DNA from: Candidatus Rokuibacteriota bacterium
GTDB taxonomy: Bacteria > Methylomirabilota > Methylomirabilia > Rokubacteriales > CSP1-6
Length of the DNA stretch: 64,000 nucleotides
Direction of reading: 5' to 3'
Assembly (NCBI GenBank): GCA_030647435.1
Contig: JAUSJX010000141.1
Location: forward strand, 52,394 to 116,393
Shown here: in pieces, positions 1 to 8,287 of the stretch
Position numbering within the stretch: the first letter of the stretch is position 1
Layout of the letters: each line of letters starts with the position of its first letter
Translations under genes and position numbers: made by a program
The notes under the pieces: generated by a model
The model's database searches: none
What the model was told of the DNA's origin: nothing
Seen by the model: the letters and a program-made list of their open reading frames with translations, nothing else

Positions 1-1379
1 AGGTCGAGGGCGCGGGTCGCGGCCGGCATCACGGCCAGCATGGTCGCGGCCACGACGGCCCCAGTCCACCGTCCGGCGCGGCGCCACGCGCTCACGGTGA
101 GAACGGCCGCTCCCGCCGCCATGATCAGCGCCGTCCGGGTCACCAGCGGCTGGAGCGCGGACCAGGGCGGCAGCGGAGAAGCCTGGGCGGCGGCAGTCTC
201 CTTGCGCGTATAGACGTCGGTGGCCGAGAAGACTATGTCCAGGAAGCCCTTGCCGTCGCCGGCGGCCACCAGGCCGAGCCCCACGGCGACGAGCGCGAAG
301 AGCCCCGCGTGGACGAGCGCCGGCGCGCGGCCGCGCTCCCCGCGCTCGGTCCACCAGCGCGCCGCCAGCAGCGCGACGGCCGGGTACGCCGGCAGACCGT
401 AGTGGGGCAGCTTGAAGGTTGTCAGCGTGAAGAGGCCCCAGAGCCCGATCACCCACACGGCGAGGGCGACCCAGGGGGTCTCCTCGGGATCGCGCCAGGC
501 CCGCCTGCGGTAGAGCGACACCACCATGAGCCCGGCGGGAAGGACCCACGGAAATGCGCCCAGCGCGGCCACGGCAAGGAACTCCGCGGTGGCAAGCGGG
601 ACGTCTTCATCCGGAAAGTGGCGGAGCCCGACCGCATTAAGGATGTGGTTGTCCACAACAGCGTACCAGAGAAAGCCCGGATGCCGGAGCGCGCTCCAGG
701 CATACCAGCCCAGACCCACCAGTAGCATGAGCGTCACTCCCTCCCACGGCAGCCACTGGCGGACAGGCCGCAAGCGCCCACAGGCCGCGAGCGCGACGGC
801 GACGGCAGCCAGGGGCCACATGAGCCCGAGCGGGTCCTTGGCGAGCGACGCAACGCCGAGCGCGGCGCAGCCTGCGACAGCCCAGCGCCTTGCGCGGCGT
901 CCTTCGCCCGTCACGCCCAGCAGGAGGCCCGTCAGGCCGATCTGGATGGCGGCCGCGAAGAGCGTCTCGGGACGGACGTAGCGGCCGAAGACCGCGAAGA
1001 GCGCGCAGGACAGGAGCGCGGCGGCGGCGAGGAGCCCGGCGCCCGGACCGAGGAGACGCGCGCCGAGAAACGCCGTCGCGGCGGCGGCGGCCGCCGCGGC
1101 CGCGAGCGAGGGCAGCCGCGCGGCCCACTCGGACGGACCCCAGGCGCGGAAATCGAGCGCGATCAGCCAGTACAGGAGCGGCGGCTTGTCGAAGTAGCGG
1201 ACGCCGTTGAGTCTCAAGTCGAGCAGATCGCCGGAGGCCCAGGCCTCGCGCGCGATCTCGGCATGCTGGCCCTCGCCCGGATCGTCGAACGGCGCTCGCC
1301 CGAGGCCGGGCAGGAGGAGCGAGAGCGCCAGGAGCGCCGCAAGGACCGCGACGGCCCATGACGCCGCCGGGCGCGTCAC
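1..1379 (-). CDS. GT-C fold glycosyltransferase, ArnT/PMT-like (lipid-carrier dependent); 3' end runs off the left edge
   Basis: Absent from the ORF track because it is open at the window edge. Hand translation of the minus strand from GTG at 1379 gives an uninterrupted frame to position 3: VTRPAASWAVAVLAALLALSLLLPGLGRAPFDDPGEGQHAEIAREAWASGDLLDLRLNGVRYFDKPPLLYWLIALDFRAWG...SLAKDPLGL...FKLPHYGLPAYPAVALL. This is the multi-TM, YFDKPPL-type pattern of ArnT/PMT transferases. GTGA start/stop overlap with the upstream ATPase gene. Confidence 0.7.
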   Translation of the reverse strand, partial: MTRPAASWAVAVLAALLALSLLLPGLGRAPFDDPGEGQHAEIAREAWASGDLLDLRLNGVRYFDKPPLLYWLIALDFRAWGPSEWAARLPSLAAAAAAAAATAFLGARLLGPGAGLLAAAALLSCALFAVFGRYVRPETLFAAAIQIGLTGLLLGVTGEGRRARRWAVAGCAALGVASLAKDPLGLMWPLAAVAVALAACGRLRPVRQWLPWEGVTLMLLVGLGWYAWSALRHPGFLWYAVVDNHILNAVGLRHFPDEDVPLATAEFLAVAALGAFPWVLPAGLMVVSLYRRRAWRDPEETPWVALAVWVIGLWGLFTLTTFKLPHYGLPAYPAVALLAARWWTERGERGRAPALVHAGLFALVAVGLGLVAAGDGKGFLDIVFSATDVYTRKETAAAQASPLPPWSALQPLVTRTALIMAAGAAVLTVSAWRRAGRWTGAVVAATMLAVMPAATRALD

Positions 1380-2074
1380 GCTGCGGGCGCGGCGGGCCCC
1401 GGCGCGAGGCGGCCGTCGCGGAGCCGCAGCACGCGATCGGCACCGGCCTGCGTCTCGGGACGGTGCGTGACGAGCACTACGGCTGCGCCGCGCGCAGCAG
1501 TCGAGGCGCGAAGCTCGGCCAAGATCACCCGCGCGTGCTCGTCGTCGAGGTTGCCGGTCGGCTCGTCGGCCAGCAGCAGCGGCGGGCGATTGAGGATCGC
1601 GCGGCAGTAGGCGACGCGCTGCTGCTCCCCGCCCGAGAGCTGGGCCGGGTAGTGGTCCTTGCGGTGCGCGACCCCCATCCGCTCGAGAAGGGCCAGCGCC
1701 TCGCGCCGCGCCACGGCGCGGTCCCGGCCGACGTAGCGCGCCGCGAGCACCACGTTATCGAGCGCGGTCAGCCCGGAGAGCAGCAGGAAGGACTGGAACA
1801 CGTAGCCGATGGAGGAGCCGCGCACCCGCGCCTGGGCGCGGCGGCCGAGGTGGCTCACGCGCTCGTCGCCGAGCCAGACCTCGCCCGCGGACGCCGGCTC
1901 GAGCAGCCCCAGGAGATTCAGCAGGGTGGTTTTGCCCGACCCCGACGAACCTGTCACCGCCACGAACTCGCCGCTCCGGACCTCGAGATCGATGTCGTGG
2001 AGCACCGGCACGGGAGCGCCGCCCGGGCCGAGAAAGGTCTTGGAGAGCCCCGTCGCCCGCAGCAAGGGGATCAA
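1376..2074 (-). CDS. ABC transporter ATP-binding protein (LolD/MacB/FtsE type)
   Basis: 232-aa ORF. Walker A GSSGSGKTT, signature LSGGEQQRV, Walker B LLLADEPTGNLD. Start codon is TTG at 2074, preceded by GAGGG. Confidence 0.9.
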   Translation of the reverse strand: MIPLLRATGLSKTFLGPGGAPVPVLHDIDLEVRSGEFVAVTGSSGSGKTTLLNLLGLLEPASAGEVWLGDERVSHLGRRAQARVRGSSIGYVFQSFLLLSGLTALDNVVLAARYVGRDRAVARREALALLERMGVAHRKDHYPAQLSGGEQQRVAYCRAILNRPPLLLADEPTGNLDDEHARVILAELRASTAARGAAVVLVTHRPETQAGADRVLRLRDGRLAPGPAAPAA

Positions 2075-2128
2075 TTCAGCCCTCGCATTCTACTCAGCCC
2101 TCGTAGTCTATTCAGCCCTCGGCTCGCG
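2075..2128. repeat. 3 x 18-bp imperfect tandem direct repeat in the permease-ATPase spacer
   Basis: TTCAGCCCTCGCATTCTA / CTCAGCCCTCGTAGTCTA / TTCAGCCCTCGGCTCGCG at 2075-2092, 2093-2110 and 2111-2128. The core CTCAGCCCTCG also occurs inside the long-form palindromic elements at 14578 and 57755. Confidence 0.8.
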
Positions 2129-2198
2129 CCTTCGTCGCTTACCTCGAACCGCCACATGCTCGTGCCTGCGGCAGCTCGGCCATGTCTCGGCTCGAACA

Positions 2199-3383
2199 TC
2201 AACTGCCGCGCCGGATCGCTTCGGCGGGCGAGAGCCGCGCGATCCGGAGCGTCGCGTAGCCGGCCGCGAGCGCCCCCAGCGCGAGCGAAAAGACAAGGGC
2301 GAAGGCGAGGAGGCGCGGGGAGAAGAGGAAGAGCTGCTGCCCGTCGCGGAGCACGCGCGCGTCCACCGCGGTGCCGATGCTCCACGCCAGCAGCACGCCG
2401 GCCACCCCGCCCCAGAGGCTCACGCGGATTCCCTCGCCCAACACCTCGCCGAGAAGATCGAGATCCGTGGCGCCCAGCGCGCGCTTGATGCCGAAGTCCC
2501 GGATGCGCTCGAAGACGGCCGCCGTCACCGTGTTGGCGAGCGACAGGCCTCCGATGAGAAGCCCAAGGGCGCCGATCCCGAGCAGGAGCGCGGAGAAGAA
2601 GGCGGTCGACTGTCGGAGGAGGCGGCTCAGCTCGCCGGGAATCGTGACGTTGAGGCCGGCCACCGTCGCCTGGATGCGGCGGGCCAGAGCGTCCGGGTCC
2701 TCGCCGTCGCGCCAACCAACCGCGGCGCCGGTGTTGAGGTCTCCGCGGCGCAGGGAGCCCGAACCGAAGACCTGGACGAGGAGCGGGTCCCGCCGGAGCC
2801 ACAGCTCGCGCGTGTCCTCGATGGGGACGAGCGCGAAGCGATCGGGGGCCGTGAAGGTCTTCTCGAGGATGCCGACGGCGGTGAAGTCCTGGCCGCCGAG
2901 CGTCACGGAGGCGCCGGCGCTGAGATGCCGCGAGGCGGCGAAGTCCGCACCCAGCACCGTGGCCCGCCGATCGCCCGGGCGGAGCGGCCGCCCCGCGGCA
3001 ACCGGCAGCTCGCGGTAGTGGCGGTTGGGGATGGGCACGCTCACGTCCATGCCCATGATGAGCTCCTGGGTCAGCGTGAGAAAGTGCGACGTGCTGGTAT
3101 TGAGCGGCAGCATCACCTGCGCCTGGACGCCGGAGACTCCGGGCACGGCGGCGATCTCGCGGATCTTGGCCGCGGAGAGGAGCCCGCCGGCGGTGAAGCC
3201 CGTACCCATGCCCATCCCCTCGCCCGCGACGGAGATCTGGCCCAGCACGAAGCGGTCGCCGCCCTCGATGAAGCGCGTGATGCGCTCGGCCATGGCGCCC
3301 AGCGACACCAGTCCCGCCACCCCAACGGCGATGCCGACGACCGTAAAGGAGTAGCCCCGGGGCAAAAACTCCCGGAGCCTCAC
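2199..3383 (-). CDS. ABC transporter permease, FtsX/MacB/LolE type
   Basis: C-terminal 394 aa of the 723-aa track ORF. GTG at 3383 forms a GTGA overlap with the upstream stop. N-terminal TM FTVVGIAVGVAGLVSLGAM, a large extracytoplasmic domain, then three C-terminal TMs (LLLGIGALGLLIGGLSLANTV, LWGGVAGVLLAWSIG, AFALVFSLALGALAAGYATL). The upstream Arg/Pro-rich extension looks like a GC-frame artefact. Confidence 0.85.
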   Translation of the reverse strand: MRLREFLPRGYSFTVVGIAVGVAGLVSLGAMAERITRFIEGGDRFVLGQISVAGEGMGMGTGFTAGGLLSAAKIREIAAVPGVSGVQAQVMLPLNTSTSHFLTLTQELIMGMDVSVPIPNRHYRELPVAAGRPLRPGDRRATVLGADFAASRHLSAGASVTLGGQDFTAVGILEKTFTAPDRFALVPIEDTRELWLRRDPLLVQVFGSGSLRRGDLNTGAAVGWRDGEDPDALARRIQATVAGLNVTIPGELSRLLRQSTAFFSALLLGIGALGLLIGGLSLANTVTAAVFERIRDFGIKRALGATDLDLLGEVLGEGIRVSLWGGVAGVLLAWSIGTAVDARVLRDGQQLFLFSPRLLAFALVFSLALGALAAGYATLRIARLSPAEAIRRGS

Positions 3384-5710
3384 CAGCCGAGCCTCGACTC
3401 CACGGGCCGGCCGCGCCAGCGGCGCAGCCACCGGGTGACGCGCACGATCGCGAAGAAGACGGTGAGCGAACCCCGCATGCGAAGCCGCATGCGCAGAAAG
3501 GCGCCGCCCGCCAGGACTCCCAGGACGCTGTCGAGGATCCCCAGCCGGTTGCGCGGCTGGAGAAAGACCTCGAGGAAGGCGGGCTCGTAGTAGCGGCGGA
3601 TGAAGCGGACGAACGGGCTGACGCCGCGATGGACGCGCCGCACGTACCCGTTGAAGCGCCGCGCCTCGAAGCGGTCCTCGGCGAAGGCGGCGAGGATCTC
3701 CGCGGCCGCCATCTCGCCCGTCTGCATGGCGATGTAGACGCCCGAGGAGAAAATGGGATCCACGAAGGCCAGCGAGTCGCCGACGCAGAGGAAGCGGTCG
3801 CCCGCCACCGGGTGTGTCAGGTAGGAGAAGTTCGCCGCGCTCCGCACGGGTGTGACGCGGCGGGCCCCGCGGAGCCCCTCCGCGACCCGGCGGCAGCGGA
3901 AGATCATCTCCTCGTACAGCGCCTCGAGCGTGCCCTCCCGCCCCCGCGCCGTCTTCGCGTGGAGGACGCAGCCGATGCTCGTCAGGCCGCCCGCGAACGG
4001 GATCCACCAGAACCAGCCGTCCTCGAAGATGTAGAGACGGATCAACCCCTCGTCGCGCCCCTGCCAGCGCGGCGCGCCCTCGTAATGGGCGAAGAGGGCG
4101 ACCTTGCCGAGGCCCGGGATGGGAGCGCGCCGGCCCACGCGGCGCGAGGCGAGAAAGCCGTCCCGGCCGCTGGCGTCGACGACGAAGCGCGCGCGAAGCG
4201 CCCGCGACTCGCCGCCCTCGCGGATCCCGACGGTCGCGCCGTCCGCGTCGAACTCCACCCGCTCCACCGTGGCCGGCTGAAGCACGCTCGCGCCCGGCTC
4301 CTTGGCGGCGTGCTCGAAGAGGATCTGGTCGAACTCCGCCCGAGGCACCTCGTAGCTGTAGTTCGGCCACGGCTGGCCCTCGCGGAAGTAAAAGCGGTAC
4401 TCGAGATCGGACTCCTGGTCGTGGAAGGCCGCCCCGTACTTGACGAGGAAGCCGTGCCGTTCGATCCGCTCGCGGACACCGAGCCGGTCGAGCAGCGGCA
4501 TCATGGCCGGCAGGAGCGATTCGCCGACGTGAAAGCGCGGGAAGACCTCGCGCTCCGCGATCGCCACGCGCAGGCCCCCGCGGGCGAGGAAGGTCGCGGC
4601 CGTCGAGCCGGCCGGCCCGCCACCCACGACAAGGACATCATAGTCCGCCGGCGGTGACTCGGGCCGCGCGGCGCCGGGCAGCGACGCGGCCAGCCGTTCC
4701 TGTGAAAATATCCGCCGTACGAGGGGCGAGACAAGGTTGGGACCCGGACGCCGTCCGAGCCCGAGCGCCCCCTGCACCGCCGCTGCCGCCGCCAGCACGG
4801 GCAGCGCCGCGGTTGCCAGGGCCGCGCGGCGCATGACGCAGGCCCGCGGGTCCCACCACCAACCCCGCCAGCTTTGGGCGATGCGGTCGAGCATGAAGGC
4901 TCCCATCGCCATCGCGTAGGCTCCGTAGTTGTAGCGGTACGGCGCCGCGAAGCGGTGCATCTCGCGGTGACGCTGCTTGAGGCGCGCGGGCGTGAGCGGC
5001 CTCAGGAGCACCGCCGCGACGATCCCCGCATCCCGGACCCAGCGCCGGATGCCGCGGGCTATGAGATACGTCGCCACGGCGGTGCCGTCGCGGAGCGGCC
5101 GGAAGTGGCTCGGCCGTCCCGCCCCGAGCCCCGGCGTCACCGGGACTTCGCGGATGGCGAAGCCCGCCGCGGCGGCCCGCAAGAGCATCTCGCTCTCGAG
5201 CACGAAGCCGCCGCGCCGCGGCCTCACCGCCTCGAGCAGCTTCCGCGGGTAGACGCGGAACCCGGACTGCGTGTCGGCGACGGCCTGCCCGGTCAGCCAG
5301 TTGATGAAGAAGCCGGCCACCCGCTGCGCGTTCAGGCGGGCGGGCTCCATGGAGGCGCCGCCATCGGAGAGCCGGCTCCCGATGACGAGCGTTCCCGGCA
5401 GGGCGGCGGACGCCGCGAGAAGCTGCGGAATGTCATCGGGATCGTGCTGCCCGTCTCCGTCGAGCGTGAGCACACGCTCGGCGCCGCGGGAGAGCGCCTC
5501 GGCGAAGCCCGCGCGCAGCGCCCCGCCCTTGCCGCAGCGACCGGCGAGGCGGAGCACGGCGGCGCCCGCGGCCGCGGCCGCGTCGGCGCTGCCGTCGGAG
5601 GAGCCGTCGTCCACGACGAGGACGGGGCCATGGCGCACCGCGCGCGCCACGAGAGCGCCGATCGTCGGGGCCTCGTTGAAGACCGGGATGACGGCGACGT
5701 GGTCACTCAT
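3380..5710 (-). CDS. Fusion protein: GT2 polyprenyl-phosphate glycosyltransferase-like domain (GtrB/ArnC type), hydrophobic linker, flavin-dependent halogenase domain
   Basis: 776 aa. N-terminus VIPVFNEAPTIGALV...VVDDGSSDGS...LDGDGQHDP is a GT2 DxD-type fold. Hydrophobic segments follow (YGAYAMAMGAFML, AALATAALPVLAAAAAVQGALGLG). C-terminal half has DYDVLVVGGGPAGS (GxGxxG), FPRFHVGESLLP, GWFWWIPF (WxWxIP) and FVDPIFSSGVY. Confidence 0.8.
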   Translation of the reverse strand: MSDHVAVIPVFNEAPTIGALVARAVRHGPVLVVDDGSSDGSADAAAAAGAAVLRLAGRCGKGGALRAGFAEALSRGAERVLTLDGDGQHDPDDIPQLLAASAALPGTLVIGSRLSDGGASMEPARLNAQRVAGFFINWLTGQAVADTQSGFRVYPRKLLEAVRPRRGGFVLESEMLLRAAAAGFAIREVPVTPGLGAGRPSHFRPLRDGTAVATYLIARGIRRWVRDAGIVAAVLLRPLTPARLKQRHREMHRFAAPYRYNYGAYAMAMGAFMLDRIAQSWRGWWWDPRACVMRRAALATAALPVLAAAAAVQGALGLGRRPGPNLVSPLVRRIFSQERLAASLPGAARPESPPADYDVLVVGGGPAGSTAATFLARGGLRVAIAEREVFPRFHVGESLLPAMMPLLDRLGVRERIERHGFLVKYGAAFHDQESDLEYRFYFREGQPWPNYSYEVPRAEFDQILFEHAAKEPGASVLQPATVERVEFDADGATVGIREGGESRALRARFVVDASGRDGFLASRRVGRRAPIPGLGKVALFAHYEGAPRWQGRDEGLIRLYIFEDGWFWWIPFAGGLTSIGCVLHAKTARGREGTLEALYEEMIFRCRRVAEGLRGARRVTPVRSAANFSYLTHPVAGDRFLCVGDSLAFVDPIFSSGVYIAMQTGEMAAAEILAAFAEDRFEARRFNGYVRRVHRGVSPFVRFIRRYYEPAFLEVFLQPRNRLGILDSVLGVLAGGAFLRMRLRMRGSLTVFFAIVRVTRWLRRWRGRPVESRLGW

Positions 5711-6834
5711 GCCGCTTGCCCGACGACAAGGGCCGTACGGCAGCCGCCGCGGGCGATCCCGTGCACCAGCGCGGGCGCGCGCCCCGCGCGCGCGTCGAGC
5801 GCTGCGGCGGCGACACGGAGGGCGCCGAGTCCTCCATGCTGGCCGAAGAGCGGCGCCAGCGACACCGGATCCCGCACGCCGTCGGCCGCGAGCAGCCGCA
5901 GCTCCCAGTCATCGAGCGCCGGGTCGCCGTTGCCCGAGCCGTAGCAGCGCGCCAGAGACGCGGCCTCGACGCCCGCCTGGTCCAACGCCCGGCGCGCGAT
6001 GGCGCGCGCGTCGCGCCGGCCGGCAGGGGCCGTGTGCGGAGCCACCGGGATGCCGCCCCAGGCGGCACCCAGGACTTCGGCATGGATCGCGGCGCCGCGC
6101 GCCCGCGCCGCCTCCCTCTCCTCCAGCACCAGGAAGGTGGCGCCTTCGCCGAGCACGGGCCCGTTGTGGTCGTGAGCAAAGGGGCGGCAGCCTTCGGGAG
6201 CACCGCCGCCCATCGGAGAGAGCGCCCCCAATCGGGCCAGGTTCCGGTAGACGTCGCTGAAGAGCTCGTCCACGCCGCCGGCGACCACGGCCTCCGCCCG
6301 CCCGTCGGCGATGAGCGCGGCCGCCCGCGCCACGGCCAGATCGCCGGCCACCGTCGCCTGGTTGAGCGTCACGGAGGACGCCTTGGCGCCGATGGCGATG
6401 GCCGCCACTGCCGCCATGCTGTTCATCACCGTGCTCGGGAACACCATCGGCGAGAGCCCCGCCGGCCCGCGGCGGAGGAAGCCGTCGAAGAACTCCGCGC
6501 CCGAGCGGAAGTCGCCGAATTCGCTGCCGACGACGAGCCCCAGCCGCGGGCCGCCCTCGAGCCCGGCCTCCTCGACGGCCAGGCGGCAGGCGGCCAGGGT
6601 CATGCGGCAGATCCGCGAGAGCCGGCGCACGCTGTCGGAGTCAAGCAGCGCCATGAGCCGCGCGTCGCTAACCTCGGCAGCCAGGCGGCTCGCGCACCCG
6701 TCCAGGGTGAAGGCTTTGAGTGGCGCAATGGTGGCCCTCCGCCGCTCGAGCGCCTGGGCCACGGCCGCTGTGCCGCCGGCCCCGGCCGCGCTGACCGAGC
6801 CCATCCCCGTGATCACGACCCGGCGCCCGGACAT
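5707..6834 (-). CDS. Ketosynthase-like protein lacking the active-site Cys and both His (chain-length-factor/KS-beta-like partner)
   Basis: ATG at 6834 (MSGRRVVITGMGSVSAAG...). The position of the KS TACASG motif reads TLNQATVAGD. The usual HGTGT and GH motifs read GSGNGDP and FGQHGG. TAATG and ATGA overlaps with its neighbours. Confidence 0.75.
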   Translation of the reverse strand: MSGRRVVITGMGSVSAAGAGGTAAVAQALERRRATIAPLKAFTLDGCASRLAAEVSDARLMALLDSDSVRRLSRICRMTLAACRLAVEEAGLEGGPRLGLVVGSEFGDFRSGAEFFDGFLRRGPAGLSPMVFPSTVMNSMAAVAAIAIGAKASSVTLNQATVAGDLAVARAAALIADGRAEAVVAGGVDELFSDVYRNLARLGALSPMGGGAPEGCRPFAHDHNGPVLGEGATFLVLEEREAARARGAAIHAEVLGAAWGGIPVAPHTAPAGRRDARAIARRALDQAGVEAASLARCYGSGNGDPALDDWELRLLAADGVRDPVSLAPLFGQHGGLGALRVAAAALDARAGRAPALVHGIARGGCRTALVVGQAA

Positions 6835-8021
6835 TATCGGCCGAAGATCAGGCTCACGTTGTGGCCGCCGAAGCCGAAGGAGTTGGACAGCGCGGCGTGC
6901 AGCTCGACGGGGCGCGCCGTCTGAGCGACGCAGTCGAAGGGCACGTCCGGGTCCGGATCGGTCAGATTGGCGGTCGGCGGAATCAGCCCGTGCTGCAGCG
7001 CGAGGAGGGTCGCCACCGCCTCGACGCTGCCCGCCGCCGCCATGGTGTGGCCGACGAGCGACTTGGTCGAACTCACCAGCACGCGGCCCTCCCCGAAGAC
7101 GCGCGCCATGGCCAGGGCCTCGACACGGTCGTTCTGCGGCGTCCCCGTGCCGTGCGCGTTGACGTAGCCGATGTCGCCCGGCTCGCGCCCGGCCGCGTCG
7201 AGCGCATCGGACATGGCGCGGATCATCCCCTCGCCCTCCGGGTGCGGCGCCGTGACGTGGTGGGCGTCCGTGGTGACGCCGGCGCCCAGGAGCTCGCCGA
7301 GCACGCGCCCGCCGCGCCGGCGGCAGTGCTCGGAGTCTTCGAGCACGACAAACGCGGCTGCTTCGCCGATGGACATGCCGCGCCGCCCGCGGTCGAAGGG
7401 CCGGCACGGCTCGGGGTCGAGCAGCTTGAGCGCATTGAAGCCCATGAAGCAGATGCGCGTGATGGCATCCACGCCCCCCGCGAGCGCCAGCGGGGTCGCG
7501 CCGGAGCGGATGAGGTCGGCGCCGAAGGCTATGGAGGCCGCGCCGGAGGCGCAGGCCATGACCACGGTCTCCCTGGGCCCGCCGAGCCCCAGCCGCCAGC
7601 CGAGCATCTCCGCGTGGCTCGCCGGCAGGATGGAGCGGAGCGCCCCGATCCTTGGCGAGGGCCGCAGGCGAAGCGCCTCTTCACAGTACCAACCCTCGCC
7701 CTCGAGCATGCCGCCGCCCACGGCGCCGACGAAGAGCGCCATGTCCGTCCGGTCCCGCGGCGCGAGGTCGGCGTCGGCCACGGCCTCGCGGGCCGCGGCA
7801 AGGGCCAGGCGGTCGGCGCGCGAGCGCCGGCGAGAGACGCCGAGGGCGCCGACGACGTCGGCGGGCACCTCCGCCGCGATGCGCGACCGAAAACCCTCCG
7901 TGTCGATGACGGTCAGCGGCCGGATGGCGCACTGGCCCGAGGCCAGGCCGGCCCAGAAGGTCTTAACACCGGCGCCGTAGGGGCTGACGACGCCGAGGCC
8001 GCTGACGACGACGCGCGTCAT
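6834..8021 (-). CDS. Beta-ketoacyl-ACP synthase (FabF/KS-alpha type, catalytically intact)
   Basis: ATG at 8021 (MTRVVVSGLGVVSPYG...). Cys motif VVMACASGAASIA, His motifs NAHGTGTPQND and VGHTMAAAGS. Confidence 0.9.
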   Translation of the reverse strand: MTRVVVSGLGVVSPYGAGVKTFWAGLASGQCAIRPLTVIDTEGFRSRIAAEVPADVVGALGVSRRRSRADRLALAAAREAVADADLAPRDRTDMALFVGAVGGGMLEGEGWYCEEALRLRPSPRIGALRSILPASHAEMLGWRLGLGGPRETVVMACASGAASIAFGADLIRSGATPLALAGGVDAITRICFMGFNALKLLDPEPCRPFDRGRRGMSIGEAAAFVVLEDSEHCRRRGGRVLGELLGAGVTTDAHHVTAPHPEGEGMIRAMSDALDAAGREPGDIGYVNAHGTGTPQNDRVEALAMARVFGEGRVLVSSTKSLVGHTMAAAGSVEAVATLLALQHGLIPPTANLTDPDPDVPFDCVAQTARPVELHAALSNSFGFGGHNVSLIFGR

Positions 8022-8287
8022 TTCAACTTGGAGAGGACGAAGCGGGACAGGGTGTCGAGGGAAAGAAAATCGTCGGCCAGGCTCTCGGTCTCGTCGATGA
8101 CGATGCCGAAGCGCTCCTCCATCGCGACGGAGAGCTCGATGAAGTCCAGCGAGTCGAGGCCGAGCGAGCCCTCGACGCCCTTGGGCAGCGTGGTTTCGAG
8201 CGTCATCTCGGCCGCGCGGCCCGGATCGAACTTCAGGCGCTCGACGATCAGCGTTTTGAGCTCGTCCAGGATCTCCTTCTGCGTCAT
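8018..8287 (-). CDS. Acyl carrier protein
   Basis: 89 aa, MTQKEILDELKTLIVERL...LGLDSLDFIELSVAMEERFG with a DSL phosphopantetheine-attachment serine. ATGA overlaps on both sides. Confidence 0.9.
   Translation of the reverse strand: MTQKEILDELKTLIVERLKFDPGRAAEMTLETTLPKGVEGSLGLDSLDFIELSVAMEERFGIVIDETESLADDFLSLDTLSRFVLSKLK

Noticed and set aside
637-1443. Long Arg/Pro/Ala-rich track ORFs overlapping or antisense to better-supported genes. Examples: 637..1443, 1358..2488, 1809..3590, 2071..2802, 3629..4657, 4874..5944, 5716..6924, 6861..8519, 9039..10442, 9734..11203, 12461..13270, 18153..19760, 22830..23726, 26495..27724, 27127..29034, 29136..31007, 29243..31186, 31293..32258, 32222..33457, 33082..34311, 35961..38096, 44166..46130, 47588..49546, 53008..54102, 56580..58136, 58960..59802, 60276..61802.
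   Set aside because: Stop codons are rare in off-frames at about 70% G+C. These translations are low-complexity (R/P/A/G runs) and lack motifs. Each overlaps a gene on another frame or strand that has clear family signatures and sensible start/RBS geometry.
2075-2128. A CRISPR-like array, here or elsewhere in the window.
   Set aside because: There are only three contiguous 18-bp units with no spacers. I saw no repeat-spacer architecture or cas genes anywhere in the window.
2199-4370. N-terminal extensions of track ORFs: 2199..4370, 5707..7407, 6834..8501, 8018..8614, 33580..34989, 35066..36319, 54011..55705, 54961..56178, 22014..23681, 23602..26004.
   Set aside because: The recognisable protein begins at an internal ATG or GTG. 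That start either overlaps the upstream stop (ATGA or GTGA) or follows a Shine-Dalgarno sequence. The upstream portions overlap the preceding gene and are low-complexity.
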